From: Chrysemys picta bellii | Lineage: Eukaryota | Assembly (NCBI RefSeq): GCF_011386835.1 | Contig: NC_088808.1 | Span: 17,360,001-17,424,000 of the forward strand | Reading direction: 5' to 3' | Length of the DNA stretch: 64,000 bases | Part shown: positions 34,901-45,046 of the stretch, one piece after another | Layout of the letters: each line of letters begins with the position of its first letter | How positions within the stretch are numbered: the stretch's first letter is position 1 | The notes under the pieces: generated by a model | Told to the model about the DNA's origin: nothing | Database searches by the model: none | What the model saw: only the letters and a program-made list of their open reading frames with translations | Translations under genes and position numbers: made by a program

Positions 34901-37900
34901 TTGTGCCATGTGTGGTTAACATCTGTCCTCTAGGCTGGAACACAGTGAGTACGCTGGCCTGGCTAATGGGGAACCTCACACACTGGCCCGTGGAGGATCC
35001 CAGGCTGGGAAGGACCATTTTCTTGCTGGAGGTTGAGAGGGTGTTACGCACAGAGGACAGCTCATTAGTCCAGAGTCCCATGTAGTCGCTGCAGGAGCCT
35101 TGCTCACCTTAGACAATGCTGCTGGGTTCATCAGGCTTTGGTGGGGGTGATTTAATTCTGGGAGGGGCCGGCTAAACCCCTTGGGCATCATCCCACCCGC
35201 TTTCCTTCCCACGCAGCCATATTGCTCCAAGCAAAGCAGAGGCGGAAATGCTTTCGCATCTATCAGAGAGAGCCATCCCCTCATGAAATCACCTCCAGTA
35301 AAGAAACCCGTGGGGCCGTCTGTTAGAGGGAGCCTGGCATTCGCAAACAGACTGCAGAATGAAACTGGAAGATGGAGGGGGAGTTGATTGGCTCTGGGGA
35401 TTGTTAATGGGGTGTAGAGACTGTCCCCTGCAGGTCACTGGTTCTAAGCCAGCCTGGGTGAGGCGTGACTGAAAGTGATGACTATCTAAGGTAGGTCAGC
35501 GATCTGGAGACAATGTGTGTCCATGTCAGAAACCCACCCGCACAGTGGGAACCAAGAGGTGCCCATGTAGGCAGTCTCAGCCAAGGGGCCAGAGACTTAC
35601 TGGCCATGAAGTCTGGAGGGGCTCTCTCTCCACACGGCTCAGCCTTACTGGTGGGGCCCTGTGAGGGAAACGTCTCTTGAGTGTGCTGTGCTGCTACCAC
35701 TGTGTGGGATAAACGCGGGGTTTGGCCTCCAGAGCTGTCGGGCGCCTTTCGCCAGCACTAAAATCTACAGGCCAGTGTCCCACTAAAATAGTTAAAAGGA
35801 AAATGCTCAAATCTGTCTCTCTTCAGTCACAGAGGGAGATTCTTGTGGGGGCTTAGATGCACAGCTTGCATCACTGAGGGGGAGTCCTGGGGGTCCAGCC
35901 TTGCATACCAGTTTGGAAACTGCCCCTGCTCCAGCAGAAGCCTGGGGAAGTGTCTGTGAGAGAGATCACAGGTGCTGTGGGCATGGTCCAGAGCCCTCTG
36001 ACACGAATGAAAAGGCTCCCCTGGTTCCAATGGGCTTGACTCAGGCCCTGGGCGAGCAGCAGCTGCCAGTCACTTGTTTTTTGCTGCTCTGTTGGAAGCA
36101 GGACAATTCGCCCTCACGGGAAGAGCTGGTGCCATTTGGGAGTATCCAGAAGGAAAATCACTCGGTGCATGTCTGGAGCCCTCTCGTTGGCGAATGCACC
36201 GTGACCTGTGGCGGAGGTGAGATGCTTGTGACGCTGCACGGAAACATTCTTTGTTCTGGGGATGAGCTCGGCTGCCTTGTGCATTCGTGCAATTAACCTT
36301 TCACCACTGAGGAGTGGGGTGCGTGTGTGGCTGTGCTCACAAGTACACAGAGTCTGGAAGAGTTAGGGGCGCATGGCTTGGGGCTTGGAGCGAGGATGCA
36401 GAACCTTCCCCTGTAACGTTCCTGGTTTGAATCCAGGGTAGGCTGGTACTAATAGAAGGTTCCGGGAGCTTGGGCAGAGCTTGCTTGATCTATAAACAGC
36501 ACTGAGCTCCAGCGTGAGGCTGCTGCTATCAGAAATGATCTTGTTTCAACACTCGCATCCATGCCATGCTATCAGACTGTCTCCCCTTCCCGTCTAGGTG
36601 TGGCCCAGCTTCGTTATGTCTGTGTGGCTTTCGAGACCAAAGAAGAAACCCAAGAGAAACATTGTAATCAAGTGCCAAAGCCAGCGAGCAGGCTGGAAAG
36701 CTGCAATCCCATGCTGTGCCCTCCAAGGTACGAGACAGGTCTCTTTTCACTGTCAGCCTCCAGGGATGGGGTCAGCTGTTTCCCGCCAGGGAAGTGTTGT
36801 GTGGGTCCTGGTACAGATGTTCTCTCCATTCTTGTCCCCGCCCAGTTGGGAGGTGAAGGAGCTGGCTGCATGCCCAGTGAGCTGTGGAGGAGGGAGAATA
36901 CCACTCTCTCTTCGCTGTGTAAGACAAGAAGGAAATACAACCCGTCCTCTTCCTCATTCCAAATGTGGTAGGATGCCCAGGCCAGACAGCACCAAGGAGT
37001 GCGGTACTGATCCATGCCCAGCAAGGTAACTGCTAGTCGCTTTAGGGCCTGGGTATAACTGAGTGAAGCCCTTGCATGCTTATGTGCCATGGGAAACCTT
37101 AGCCCAATACCCCTGATACTTCACTACCTTGGAGTGGGGAGGAGCCCCGTTGTAACAAATCTGGGGTTGTAAAGGTGGACACCACAGTTACCACCTAAAT
37201 TGTGCTTAGACATTCCAGTACCCCAGGCATCTACCATGTGAACTAAAGGACAATCAGCTGTAGCCTTAAATAGGGCTGACAGCCTCTGCAGGCAAATCTC
37301 CCAAATAAGCCCATTAAGAAAATCTTTGGATCTAGTTCTCTGGAGGTTGGACCCCAAATCCACCTTAGTTCACTGATGGCCGGGGGATGGCTCGCTGAGG
37401 GTTGGAGTCGCTCATTGATGGCTGCGTTGTTCCCAGGTGGCATTACAAAATGGACTCGTGCAGCGCTAGCTGCGGAGGAGGTGTGCTGCGCAGGGTCCTG
37501 TACTGTGCGAGGGAGACCGGGGACAAGGTGGAAGAGATTGTAGCAGATGCACAGTGTCATGGTTTGCCTCGCCCAGAGGAGCAGGAGCTGTGTAATCTGG
37601 AGCCGTGCCCTCCAAGGTCATTGTAATCACACTCACCAAGACCGCGTGTGCCTGGGGAGAGTGTGTGTCTTTAAAAGTGCCATGGACTCAACCCAGTGTG
37701 GTCGGGGAGCCAGGTTACAGAGGGGACCTCTGGATTGTCACTCTCTAGAAGCTGGAGACAAAGTGCTTTTGTGCTCTAGAGGAAGGGTGCTCACTGCCCA
37801 GTCACTTCTGACCCCGTAACTTCAGGACGGAGATGCACAGCAGGGTGGTAGTGGAAGCATGTTCAGCACAGGCTGGCGAGGAGGGTGTGTGGCTTCTAGT

Positions 37901-40900
37901 ATCTGTCTTTGTTTTTGATGCTGCAGGAGGCTGTTTACTGGGCTGAAATAACACAAGAGTTGGTCTGTTCAGGATATGTCAGTTCCAGGGGGGTGGAAAT
38001 ATCACGAGAAGACCAGGTCTTGACTCATTTCAGCCTGTACATGTCTCCCTGAGGGGAGTGGGGAAAGGGCTTGTGATGCAGGTACTGTGAACACCCATGC
38101 AAATATTGAGCTCATAGGGTTTCGGCAAAACCCGAAGATGCTGCTCTACAGCTTTCAGAGGACCCACTTCCACATCATCCCAGATATTCTAACCTCGCCA
38201 CAGGGCCGGGCTCTGTTCCAGATGTGGATTGGAGCCACAGTCAGTTGGGATGATCCCATGCAGTGTGCATGTGGCTGAGGAAGGGAGTCTGTGGATGACT
38301 GGGAAAGTGGGAAGATGAGGAAGTCTCAGGGTGTGCTTTTTAGCAGGGGCTGGTGGGAGGAGGGGAATCAGTCCTCACTGAATTTTCTCCTTCCCCTTGG
38401 ATCAGATGGAAAGTAGCAGCGACTGGTTCGTGTTCCTCTTCTTGTGGGCTCGGCTTAGCCACACAATTGATTACCTGCGTGCAGCTCCGCCAAGGCCTAG
38501 AGACCGAGCTGGAAGAGAGTTCGTGTCCGGAGGCCGAGAAACCCCTCCCCAGCATCCCCTGTTTCATCAGAATGTGCTCCTATGAGTGGGGTTTCAGCGA
38601 ATGGACAGAGGTACCTGCTACCCTTCTAACGCAGCGCTAGGTGCAGGAGCTGTGCAGCGCTCTGGCTTCATAGCAAATGCCAGGACTACTGTTATAGGAG
38701 AAATAACTCCTCTCTCGCACACTGCATGGTGTTAGCATCCATCAAAATACCAAACTGTTCCTAGGGATGTCATCCATCTTGCCTTCCTCTCTCCCTCCCT
38801 GAGCAGGGTATCTGTGCAGCCCCCACGTTGCTAGACTTCTGGTCTTTGGCTGCTGTTTAAAAATTGCCGTTGCATGTTTTGGGGCGATGTGCTCCATGCA
38901 AATCTTTTCTGAACTTTGGTCAAACACTTCCCCTGTCAGACACCCACCTAATCACTATTGTGCACAAGTATTGATACATCTGTGGGTCTCAGGGTCCTTC
39001 GGTAAGGTGGCTCAGCACTTTAATCTCCATTTCACAGCTGGGGATACTCAAGGACGTAAAGGTTAAATGCATTGGCCAATATCAGTGGAACAGCTGAGAC
39101 TATAACCCAGGTCTCCCTACTCCCTGAAATGCACTTTAGCCATTGAACCTCCTTCCCCCTGCATAGAACCCTGACTGTGGATTTATAAAGGCCTCTGGGT
39201 TTCTTCCGCTGCAGTGCTCAGCGTCGTGTGGGAACGGCATTCAGATGCGGCAGGATTTTTGCCTCAATCCGAAAACCCACGAGCACGTGAACCCCGTCTT
39301 CTGCATGCGCTCCCCCAAGCCTATCACGGTGCGTGGCTGCTCTGCCAGCCCCTGTCCTGAGCAGCCTGCGGTGGATGGGTACTTGGGAACAGAACACCAG
39401 ATACCAACTTCAGCTACGAACCCGATAACGACAGCAGCCACCATTTATCCCGAGAGGCCGGAATACAAAGCCCTGGATCGTCTTCCAACCAGGGTGCTGG
39501 CTCCTTCACCCAAACGCCCCGAGGAGCTTTCAGCGGGGGAGGAGGACACTGATGAAGTGTACAGTTAGGTGGTGATTACATAGGGTGATGTCCTTAGCCA
39601 GTACTGCAGCCAGGAGTCTGAGAGTCCTCCCGCACTTAGGCAGTACTTTGACAGGGAGCATGGGAGCACTGCAGTACTGCAGTAGGAAATTTGTCTGGGT
39701 CAAGACTTCAGATTCCAGGCTCATGATCATTGAAAATCAAATGAAATTCATTGCAGAGCCTAGTTCCGGCCCACAGCAAGCTCAGATCCAGGGCAGCTCC
39801 CTCTCAGCTCAGGAGGGTGAAAGCCCCAAGCGGGTACAGCACATTGGTATGGCTAGTGACGGGCAAGTTCTGCTCAGAGTTCACCTGTTCTGCTTTGCTG
39901 TGAAGAGCATCTCGCTAGGAGCTGCATGGAACATTCATAGCACAAGCCAGAAGCCCCCGGTACGCACCTTGATTCGGGTTTGCTGCAGACTGAAAAGTCG
40001 GAGCGGATTCACTGAAAGTCTTGCTGTGGGTCACGCCTTCCAGGCGTCATGGGCCACCCATCAGAAGGGAGTTACGAGCAACAGCTCTCTTCCCAGGGCC
40101 TCCTGCATTCTTTGAACTGCAAGCACCTCAGGGCTGTGTGTCTTGTACAGAGGTCAAGCACACTGTTGGCACGTGTTCAGGAGCAGTGATCGCAGTCTCT
40201 GCTCCAAGGAGCTTGCAGACAGTACGGTGCACATGCCACGATGTATAGGGAGCGGTGTCAGTGGGCGTACGTTCCTCCTGCTGCAAGTACTCATCCGTGG
40301 TGTCTGTGCTTTTGGTTTTATTGCGCAGGTGTCTGTGGGAGGCTCTTCCTCAACTCCACCGGGGTCATCAACATGACCGGCCTGCAGGTCAGTGACTGCA
40401 CGGTTTCCATCGGACGCCCCTTGGGGGAAGTGGTAACAGTCCAGGTGCTGGAGAGCTCCCTAAACTGCAGTGCAGGTACGTTTCAGAGCCAGCAGAGCTC
40501 ATTCCTGGCAGGGGACTTCCAGAACCCTGCGTCTGCCTCCTCCTTGATACTTCTATGTACACGTTTGCTGGGAGTCCTGCACATCCATTGTTGGGGACAG
40601 GCACCAAGGTGTTCTCAGTAGAGGGTCTCCAGCTATGGACCAGCCCAAGTGCGTTAGCCCCTGAAACACTACGCAAGGTTTATCTTTTCGGTCAAGTCTT
40701 TACCAGGTGGGACTAAATTAAGCCATTGCCTTTTCTTTCCCAATTTTTTCTGATTTCTTCCTTGACTGGTGATAGGTATGTGCATGGTGGGGTAGGGTGG
40801 GGGTGAAAATTACTTCCCATTTTGGTCTGTTATAAAGTGATGCTTTTCATGTGTGATGGGCCCAGATGCTGCAATGATGGGGTCTGTGCAGGCTAATAAA

Positions 40901-43791
40901 ATAAATCAAATCACTTTCATGGCTGACATTGACCAGCTAAGGGTTAGATGTAAGAAATACGGGTTGGAATTCCATGGCCTGTCTGACACAGGAAGTCAGA
41001 CCAGATGATTATAACAGCCCCTTTCAGCCTTAAAAACGAAGGACGGATGTGTATTCTGAGCTTCTCATGATATAAGTGTAAGTTCCACCTGGGGCTTCTC
41101 ATTGAATCATGGGTCTTATGCTCCCAAGTGCAGTTCATTTACTGCCTGGAACCAGAACACATCAAATATTCTGTCATTCCAGATAACTACCTACTGGGAA
41201 ATACTATAAAAGTTTTTCAAAATAAAGCACACAGATATATAGAAATGTTTAAGTCCAACCCAATAGCTCTTATGTAGAACAGTCTTACATACTTTACAAG
41301 CAGTGTCTTAGACAGTGAATTACTAGGTTTGGCAACGAGTCATTTACCCACTAAACATCTGCTTCTGTTTTTAAGTTTTCTTCTCCTGATCAAGAATCCT
41401 CCCATCCTGAATTGATCTCTTTGTTCTTGTTTATCTTGCGTTACACAAATGTTCAGGGCAGAGACCACATCATATTTATATTTGTAAAGCCCCGGATAAC
41501 TTGTGGTGCTACTTAAATGTTTTTAACTATCTTAATAAAGTGCGTCGTGTATTAGTGTTAATGTAGAAATGACCGCAGGGCCATGATGGAGCACAGCCCT
41601 TGGTGATGGTGACTCCATCTTTGAGATGAGACATGAAATCAAGGTCCTGGCCACTGGTGGTCATTAAAGAGTTCACGGCACCTTTTTAGCAAGGTATTAG
41701 CGACAGCCTCCTTGCCAGATTCCAGTGTGCCCAATTATAATCTTGCTCCTTAAAATATCCTTGTGGTTTCATTTAGATACCTGATTCTTCTCCACTTCTT
41801 TTCTTGAACTGTTACATAGCGCTGTTGTGTGCTGTTAAACAGCTGCTGTGTTCCATGCCAGAGGTGCTGCATTTCATTGATGGGTGAAGTGATCATTACC
41901 TTAGTCTCTAAAGCAATTTCTTAGAGCTGTAAAGTATACACCTGTCTGTTGTATCCGACTGTGCCGTCACGACAGCGTGTGTGTTCTCGTGGAGGTGTAT
42001 ATGAGGCGCAAGATTGCAAACAGATGTCACATGGGAATGTGCAAGCTCTTGCTGAGGACTTGGCATGATGCTTGGCCCTTTTTCCAGTCCGTTTTTTGCA
42101 TCTGTCGTCCTCAAAGGGTTTACATCTTTGATTGACAGTTGCTATCCATTCACGTCTGTCCTTGGCTGTGTCTTCAAAGTTATCACCTTTTATGCCGCAG
42201 AAAGTGAGATGCTGCTTAAGGGAAGCGTTTTCATTGACCACCCTTCCTGCGATCATTGCCTCGACGCTGGTTGTTTTTGCTTTTTCACAGATGTTAACCT
42301 TTGAGACGTTCTCTGTAAAGTCCTTTGCGGTAAAAGGGTCCTTTATCACTATTTCATTTTATTACAGGGGAGATTGTGCTGTTTTCTGGACGGACGATGT
42401 GGCGGACAGGCTGTAAGAAGCTGATGGTGTCATCCGTAAACTCCAGGACCAACACATTGATGGTGAGACAGCGCCTCCTGCTGCCAGGGAATGGTGTTGT
42501 TCTTCAGTACAACAGCAAAGCAGCTGCAAAAAAATATTATCAAGGTACTTTGCTGAACTCTTCACTGTGGCTTTAGGGCCGGGGCAGGGAAAGCAAGGCC
42601 CACTGAGTTTCACTGTGCAGTTCATGGCTGCCCATGGAGACCAAAGGGCCCAGAGATGTTGCTCCTTCACCAGGGAGCAGGGGCGGCTCCAGGCACCAGC
42701 GCACCAAGCGCATGCCTGGGGCGGCAAGCCGCAGGGGGCAGCCTGCCGGCTGCTGTGAGGGTGGCAGTCAGGCTGCCTTTGGCGGCATGCCTGCGGGAGG
42801 TCCACGTGTCCCGCGGCTTTGGCGATAATTCTGCAGCGGGTATGCCGAAGCCGCGGGATCGGCGGACGTCCCGCAGGCATGCCGCCGAATCCGCATTACC
42901 AGCGGACCTCCCGCAGCCATGCTGCCGAAGGCTGCCTGACTGCTGTGCTTGGGGTGGCAAAATACATAGAGCCGCCCCTGCCAGGGAGGCCTCTCAGCTG
43001 AAGGCAGAATATTGAATGTTGGGTTCAGTCGTCTCCATTGGCTGCCCTTCTATATTGTAGCTGAGTCCCTGCAAGATTGCATGCGCTTTGAGATCCCCTT
43101 CTAGAGTGCACTGGGGAACTTTCTGGGCGTGCTTTCTTTTGTATGGACGTACCAAACAGTGTTCCAAATTGCTTTCTCTCCTACCCCACTTCCCCATCCC
43201 AGACTGTGACGTGCAGCTGTTTGGTCCCTGGGGTGAAATAGTGAATCCGGGACAGTTGCCGGACCCAAAACGACAAGTGGCATGTCGGACCTTTATCAAC
43301 GTGGCTCCACGGTATCGCATAGCCATCCATGCCCTCTACATGGACCTGGGGACTGAAAACAACCAAACACACTCCAATTACATCTCGGTGAGACATCAGC
43401 CTGGGGCGGGGCACCTCTAGCTCACGCTTTTCCCCTCACAGGCCCTGAGAAGTTTGCTTCTACGTTCGAGGTTCAAAGTACATTGGAAATCATATAGAGC
43501 CAATTCTGATCTCAGTTACACCAGTGTAATGTGATGCGCTTCTCTGAGGCGTCCTGGCATAGCACAAACAATGCTCTTGCTTGAAAGAGGCAGACTGCTA
43601 TGTGATTGTGATTCATTCCTTTCTTTGTTCAGATACGCGATGTGAATGCCATGAAGACAACAGTGTTTCGTGGGAAACAGCTGTTCTTCTGGGAATCGAC
43701 GGGGAGCCAGGCTGAAATTGAATTTAATGAAGGCTTTACAGAAGATCGTGTCAGTTTCCGAGCAGAGTACTGGGTCAGAAAGCCCAGATAA
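16968..43791 (+). CDS. ADAMTS13: ADAMTS13 (von Willebrand factor-cleaving protease), about 1595 aa, 32 coding exons
   Basis: Exons 16968-17042, 17314-17380, 18291-18574, 19886-20027, 20592-20725, 21647-21730, 21869-21993, 23110-23256, 24885-25019, 25322-25472, 26407-26511, 27146-27297, 27928-27991, 28879-29005, 29222-29370, 29999-30119, 30876-30956, 31237-31418, 32859-32994, 33826-33955, 34044-34223, 34755-34944, 36102-36216, 36598-36727, 36846-37025, 37437-37616, 38406-38610, 39215-39563, 40329-40475, 42368-42544, 43203-43387, 43633-43791; total 4788 nt, in frame. Signal peptide, [12 protein letters not shown], zinc motif HEIGHSFGLHHD, Met-turn VMGS, disintegrin-like, TSP1, Cys-rich, spacer, 8 distal TSP1 repeats, 2 CUB domains. 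Confidence 0.96.
17960..18090 (-). mobile_element. CORE-SINE (MIR-like) fragment
   Basis: Reverse core ATCCCCATATACAAGTGGGGAAATGGGGGCACAGAGAGG... Confidence 0.6.
18291..18574 (+). CDS. ADAMTS13: ADAMTS13 extra propeptide exon A (no counterpart in the human gene)
   Basis: TTCCAG|...|GTGAGT, 284 nt, no stops; [16 protein letters not shown]...[26 protein letters not shown] resembles the ADAM/ADAMTS (M12B) prodomain core. Confidence 0.88.
19470..19660 (-). mobile_element. CORE-SINE (MIR-like) fragment
   Basis: AAAGTGCTTTATAAC...CCCCGTTTTATAGACGAGAAAGCTG...GACTCACCCAGTGTTACACAGCAAG. Confidence 0.6.
19886..20027 (+). CDS. ADAMTS13: ADAMTS13 extra propeptide exon B
   Basis: TTTAG|...|GTATTG, 142 nt; [16 protein letters not shown]...PHIIFR matches the prodomain pattern (G.I....Y.I.P...PH.+YR); restores phase 1. 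Confidence 0.88.
22674..22913. mobile_element. PIF/Harbinger-type palindromic MITE
   Basis: TIRs GGCCTTGGCTACACT / AGTGTAGCCAAGGCC; flanks TAA / TCA; six internal CAGCGCTG palindromes. Confidence 0.85.
23386..23748. mobile_element. hAT MITE
   Basis: TIRs CAGGTCCATCCTTAGG / CCTAAGGACAGCCTTG; perfect 8-bp TSD CTCAGGTT at 23378-23385 and 23749-23756. Confidence 0.88.
24640..24800 (-). mobile_element. CORE-SINE (MIR-like) fragment
   Basis: CCCCTTTTACAAAGGGAGACACTAAGGCACAGAGGAGGGAAGTGACTTAGCCAAGATCAC. Confidence 0.65.
26690..26890 (-). mobile_element. CR1 LINE fragment
   Basis: GATGGAGAATCCACCACCACCCTTGGTAAATTGCTCCAAGGGTTAATT...CTGAATTTGTCTGG (reverse of CR1 3' region). Confidence 0.75.
28330..28571. 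mobile_element. Old Harbinger-type MITE fragment
   Basis: Ends in GCTGCAATGTACATACCC (GTGTAGACATACCC-type TIR); related to 54870-55040. Confidence 0.5.
28760..28812 (+). mobile_element. AmnSINE1 fragment
   Basis: CAGCTGCTGCTTTTCACCCCAGAGGTGGCTGCACTTAGGTAGTGGGTGAAGTG. Confidence 0.55.
30530..30800 (+). mobile_element. CORE-SINE (MIR-like), interrupted by a short palindromic repeat
   Basis: GGTCTGCCACTGATTC...TCTCTGTGCCTC...GTAAAGTGCTTTGAGATCCTCGG. Confidence 0.55.
31990..32246 (+). mobile_element. LF-SINE 3' fragment
   Basis: TGTCTCAGCAGAGGCAAGAGGGCTGAACTGGCC...CTCCAGGGCT...GCACCTTTCACGAGCACT matches the recalled LF-SINE 3' half. Confidence 0.65.
34555..34740 (+). mobile_element. CORE-SINE (MIR-like)
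   Basis: GGACTGGGAGCCAGAACGCCTGGGTTCT...CTCTGTGACTCGGTTTCCCCATATGTGAAATGGG...AAAGTGCTTTGAGATCC. Confidence 0.75.
35377..35765 (+). mobile_element. LF-SINE, near full length with an internal deletion
   Basis: tRNA-like head GGATTGTTAATGGG...CAGGTCACTGGTTCTAAGCCAGCC...GTGACTGAAAGT, then GGCAGTCTCAGC and tail GGATAAAC...CTCCAGAGCTGTC...GCCTTTCGCCAGCACTAAA. Confidence 0.75.
36846..37025 (+). CDS. ADAMTS13: ADAMTS13 additional TSP1 repeat exon between the T5 and T6 orthologues
   Basis: CCCAG|...|GTAAC, 180 nt, phase 2-2; [16 protein letters not shown]...RCVR...KCGRMPRP...[10 protein letters not shown] with all 6 Cys. Confidence 0.92.
40944..41035 (+). mobile_element. CR1 3' end fragment
   Basis: CATGGCCTGTCTGACACAGGAAGTCAGACCAGATGATTATAACAGCCCCTTTCAGCCTTAAAA. 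Confidence 0.6.
41575..41895 (+). mobile_element. AmnSINE1
   Basis: CCATCTTTGAGATGAGACATGAAATCAAGGTCCTGGCCACTGGTGGTCATTAAAGA...GTGCTGTTAAACAGCTGCTGTGTTCCATGCCAGAGGTG...GGGTGAAGTGATC. Confidence 0.75.
41921..42330 (-). mobile_element. RTE-clade LINE 3' fragment (internally deleted, reading frame still open)
   Basis: [19 protein letters not shown], then [10 protein letters not shown]...AKDRREW..., KR.KR and a degenerate C-terminal zinc finger [12 protein letters not shown]...HTRC, as in RTE ORF C-termini. Confidence 0.75.
42678..42980 (+). mobile_element. Young GC-rich hAT MITE, copy 1 (303 bp)
   Basis: TIRs CAGGGGCGGCTC / GAGCCGCCCCTG; perfect 8-bp TSD CCAGGGAG. Confidence 0.93.
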
Positions 43792-43819
43792 ATGGAAACA
43801 AGGGACACCCCAGCCAGGG

Positions 43820-44010
43820 AAGCAGTGGATCAATTAGAGTCAGGACTCCCTGCTCTGCCACTGATTCACCGTTTGACCTTGGGCAAGTCATTTAACCTCT
43901 CCGCCTCAGTTTCCCCTTCTGTTTAATTGGAATAACAATACCTGTCTACTTCACAGGGCTGCTCAGTTAATATTTGTAAAGCATGTGGAGATGCTCAAGT
44001 GAAAGGCATT
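43820..44010 (+). mobile_element. CORE-SINE (MIR-like) just after the ADAMTS13 stop codon
   Basis: GACCTTGGGCAAGTCATTTAACCTCTCCGCCTCAGTTTCCCC. Confidence 0.8.
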
Positions 44011-44540
44011 ATATAGCCGTCAAATATTATGATTCTCTTAAAAGTTTTTTCCGGTCTCTCCCAACTAGTAGTGAGACAACTTGCCGGTTTGAAACGAATG
44101 ACTGTGATCTAATGTCACCTTGCTAGCAGGGTCTGGTCTGCTCACAGTGCCTCAGCCTCCACCGATGAAGATGTAGATTAGAGCAGTTAGTGAAAGTCAG
44201 CAGCTTAACGCTTCAGCATTTTTCCTTTTGGCCAATGATATGAATGTGTGTCGCGGACGGATAAACCATTCAGAATTGATGGACCTGATGCTCCTTTACG
44301 CTCTAGCAGTGTACAAGGACCCTGACATTTATAGCCACTTGACTATCAGAATGGTGGAAAGGGGCCTTATGCAGAAATGAGAATTGGGCACTACATGTCC
44401 TGCAGCAATAATAGTATTTCTCAATATTCAGGTAGAGAACTCGTCCTGCTAATTATCAGAGGGGTAGCCGTGTTAGTCTGAATCTGTAAAAAGCAACAGA
44501 GGGTCCTGTGGCACCTTTGAGACTAACAGAAGTATTGGGA

Positions 44541-44581
44541 GCATAAGCTTTCGTGGGTAAGAACCTCACTTCTTCAGATGC
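44541..44581 (-). ncRNA. Minimal type I hammerhead ribozyme motif in the Penelope terminal repeat
   Basis: Minus strand GCAU-CUGAAGA-A-GUGAG(GUUCUUA)CCCAC-GAAA-GCUU-AUGC; intact CUGANGA/GAAA core, palindromic AGCU stem III; predicted cut between 44545 and 44544. Confidence 0.8.
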
Positions 44582-44642
44582 AAGTAATGGAAATCTCCAG
44601 AGGCAGGTATAAATCAGTGTGGAGATAACGAGGTTAGTTCAA

Positions 44643-45046
44643 TCAGGGAGGGTGAGGTGCTCTGCTAGCAGTTGAGGTGTGAACAGCAAGGGAGGAGAAA
44701 CTGCTTCTGTAGTTGGATAGCCATTTACAGTCTTTGTTTAATCCTGATCTGATGGTGTCAAATTTGCAAATGAACTGGAGCTCAGCAGTTTCTCTTTGGA
44801 GTCTGGTCCTGAAGTTTTTTTGCTGTAAGATGGCTACCTTTACATCTGCTATTGTGTGGCCAGGGAGGTTGAAGTGTTCCCCTACAGGTTTTTGTATATT
44901 GCCATTCCTGATATCTGACTTGTGTCCATTTATCCTCTTGCGTAGTGACTGTCCAGTTTGGCCAATGTACATCACAGAGGGGCATTGCTGGCATATGATG
45001 GCATATATAACATTGGTGGACGTGCAGGTGAATGAGCCGGTGATGT
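44643..45046 (-). CDS. Penelope GIY-YIG endonuclease domain (C-terminal fragment of the element ORF)
   Basis: Uninterrupted [46 protein letters not shown]...GEHFNLPGH...RETAE...GLN. Confidence 0.93.

Larger units (their letters stand above)
44454..45046 (-). mobile_element. 5'-truncated Penelope-like retroelement
   Basis: GIY-YIG ORF plus terminal repeat, flanked by a 13-bp direct repeat TCGTCCTGCTAAT at 44441-44453 and 45047-45059. Confidence 0.95.

Noticed and set aside
35377-35460. tRNA gene
   Set aside because: The tRNA-like A/B-box sequence continues into LF-SINE body sequence and gives no complete cloverleaf.
39668-39683. Perfect 16-bp palindrome ACTGCAGTACTGCAGT
   Set aside because: It is a tandem duplication of an 8-bp palindrome, isolated, with no supporting context.
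42362-43015. Cluster of Ala/Arg/Gly-rich ORFs, mirrored at 60912-61425
   Set aside because: They are translations of the stop-poor GC-rich hAT MITE copies.
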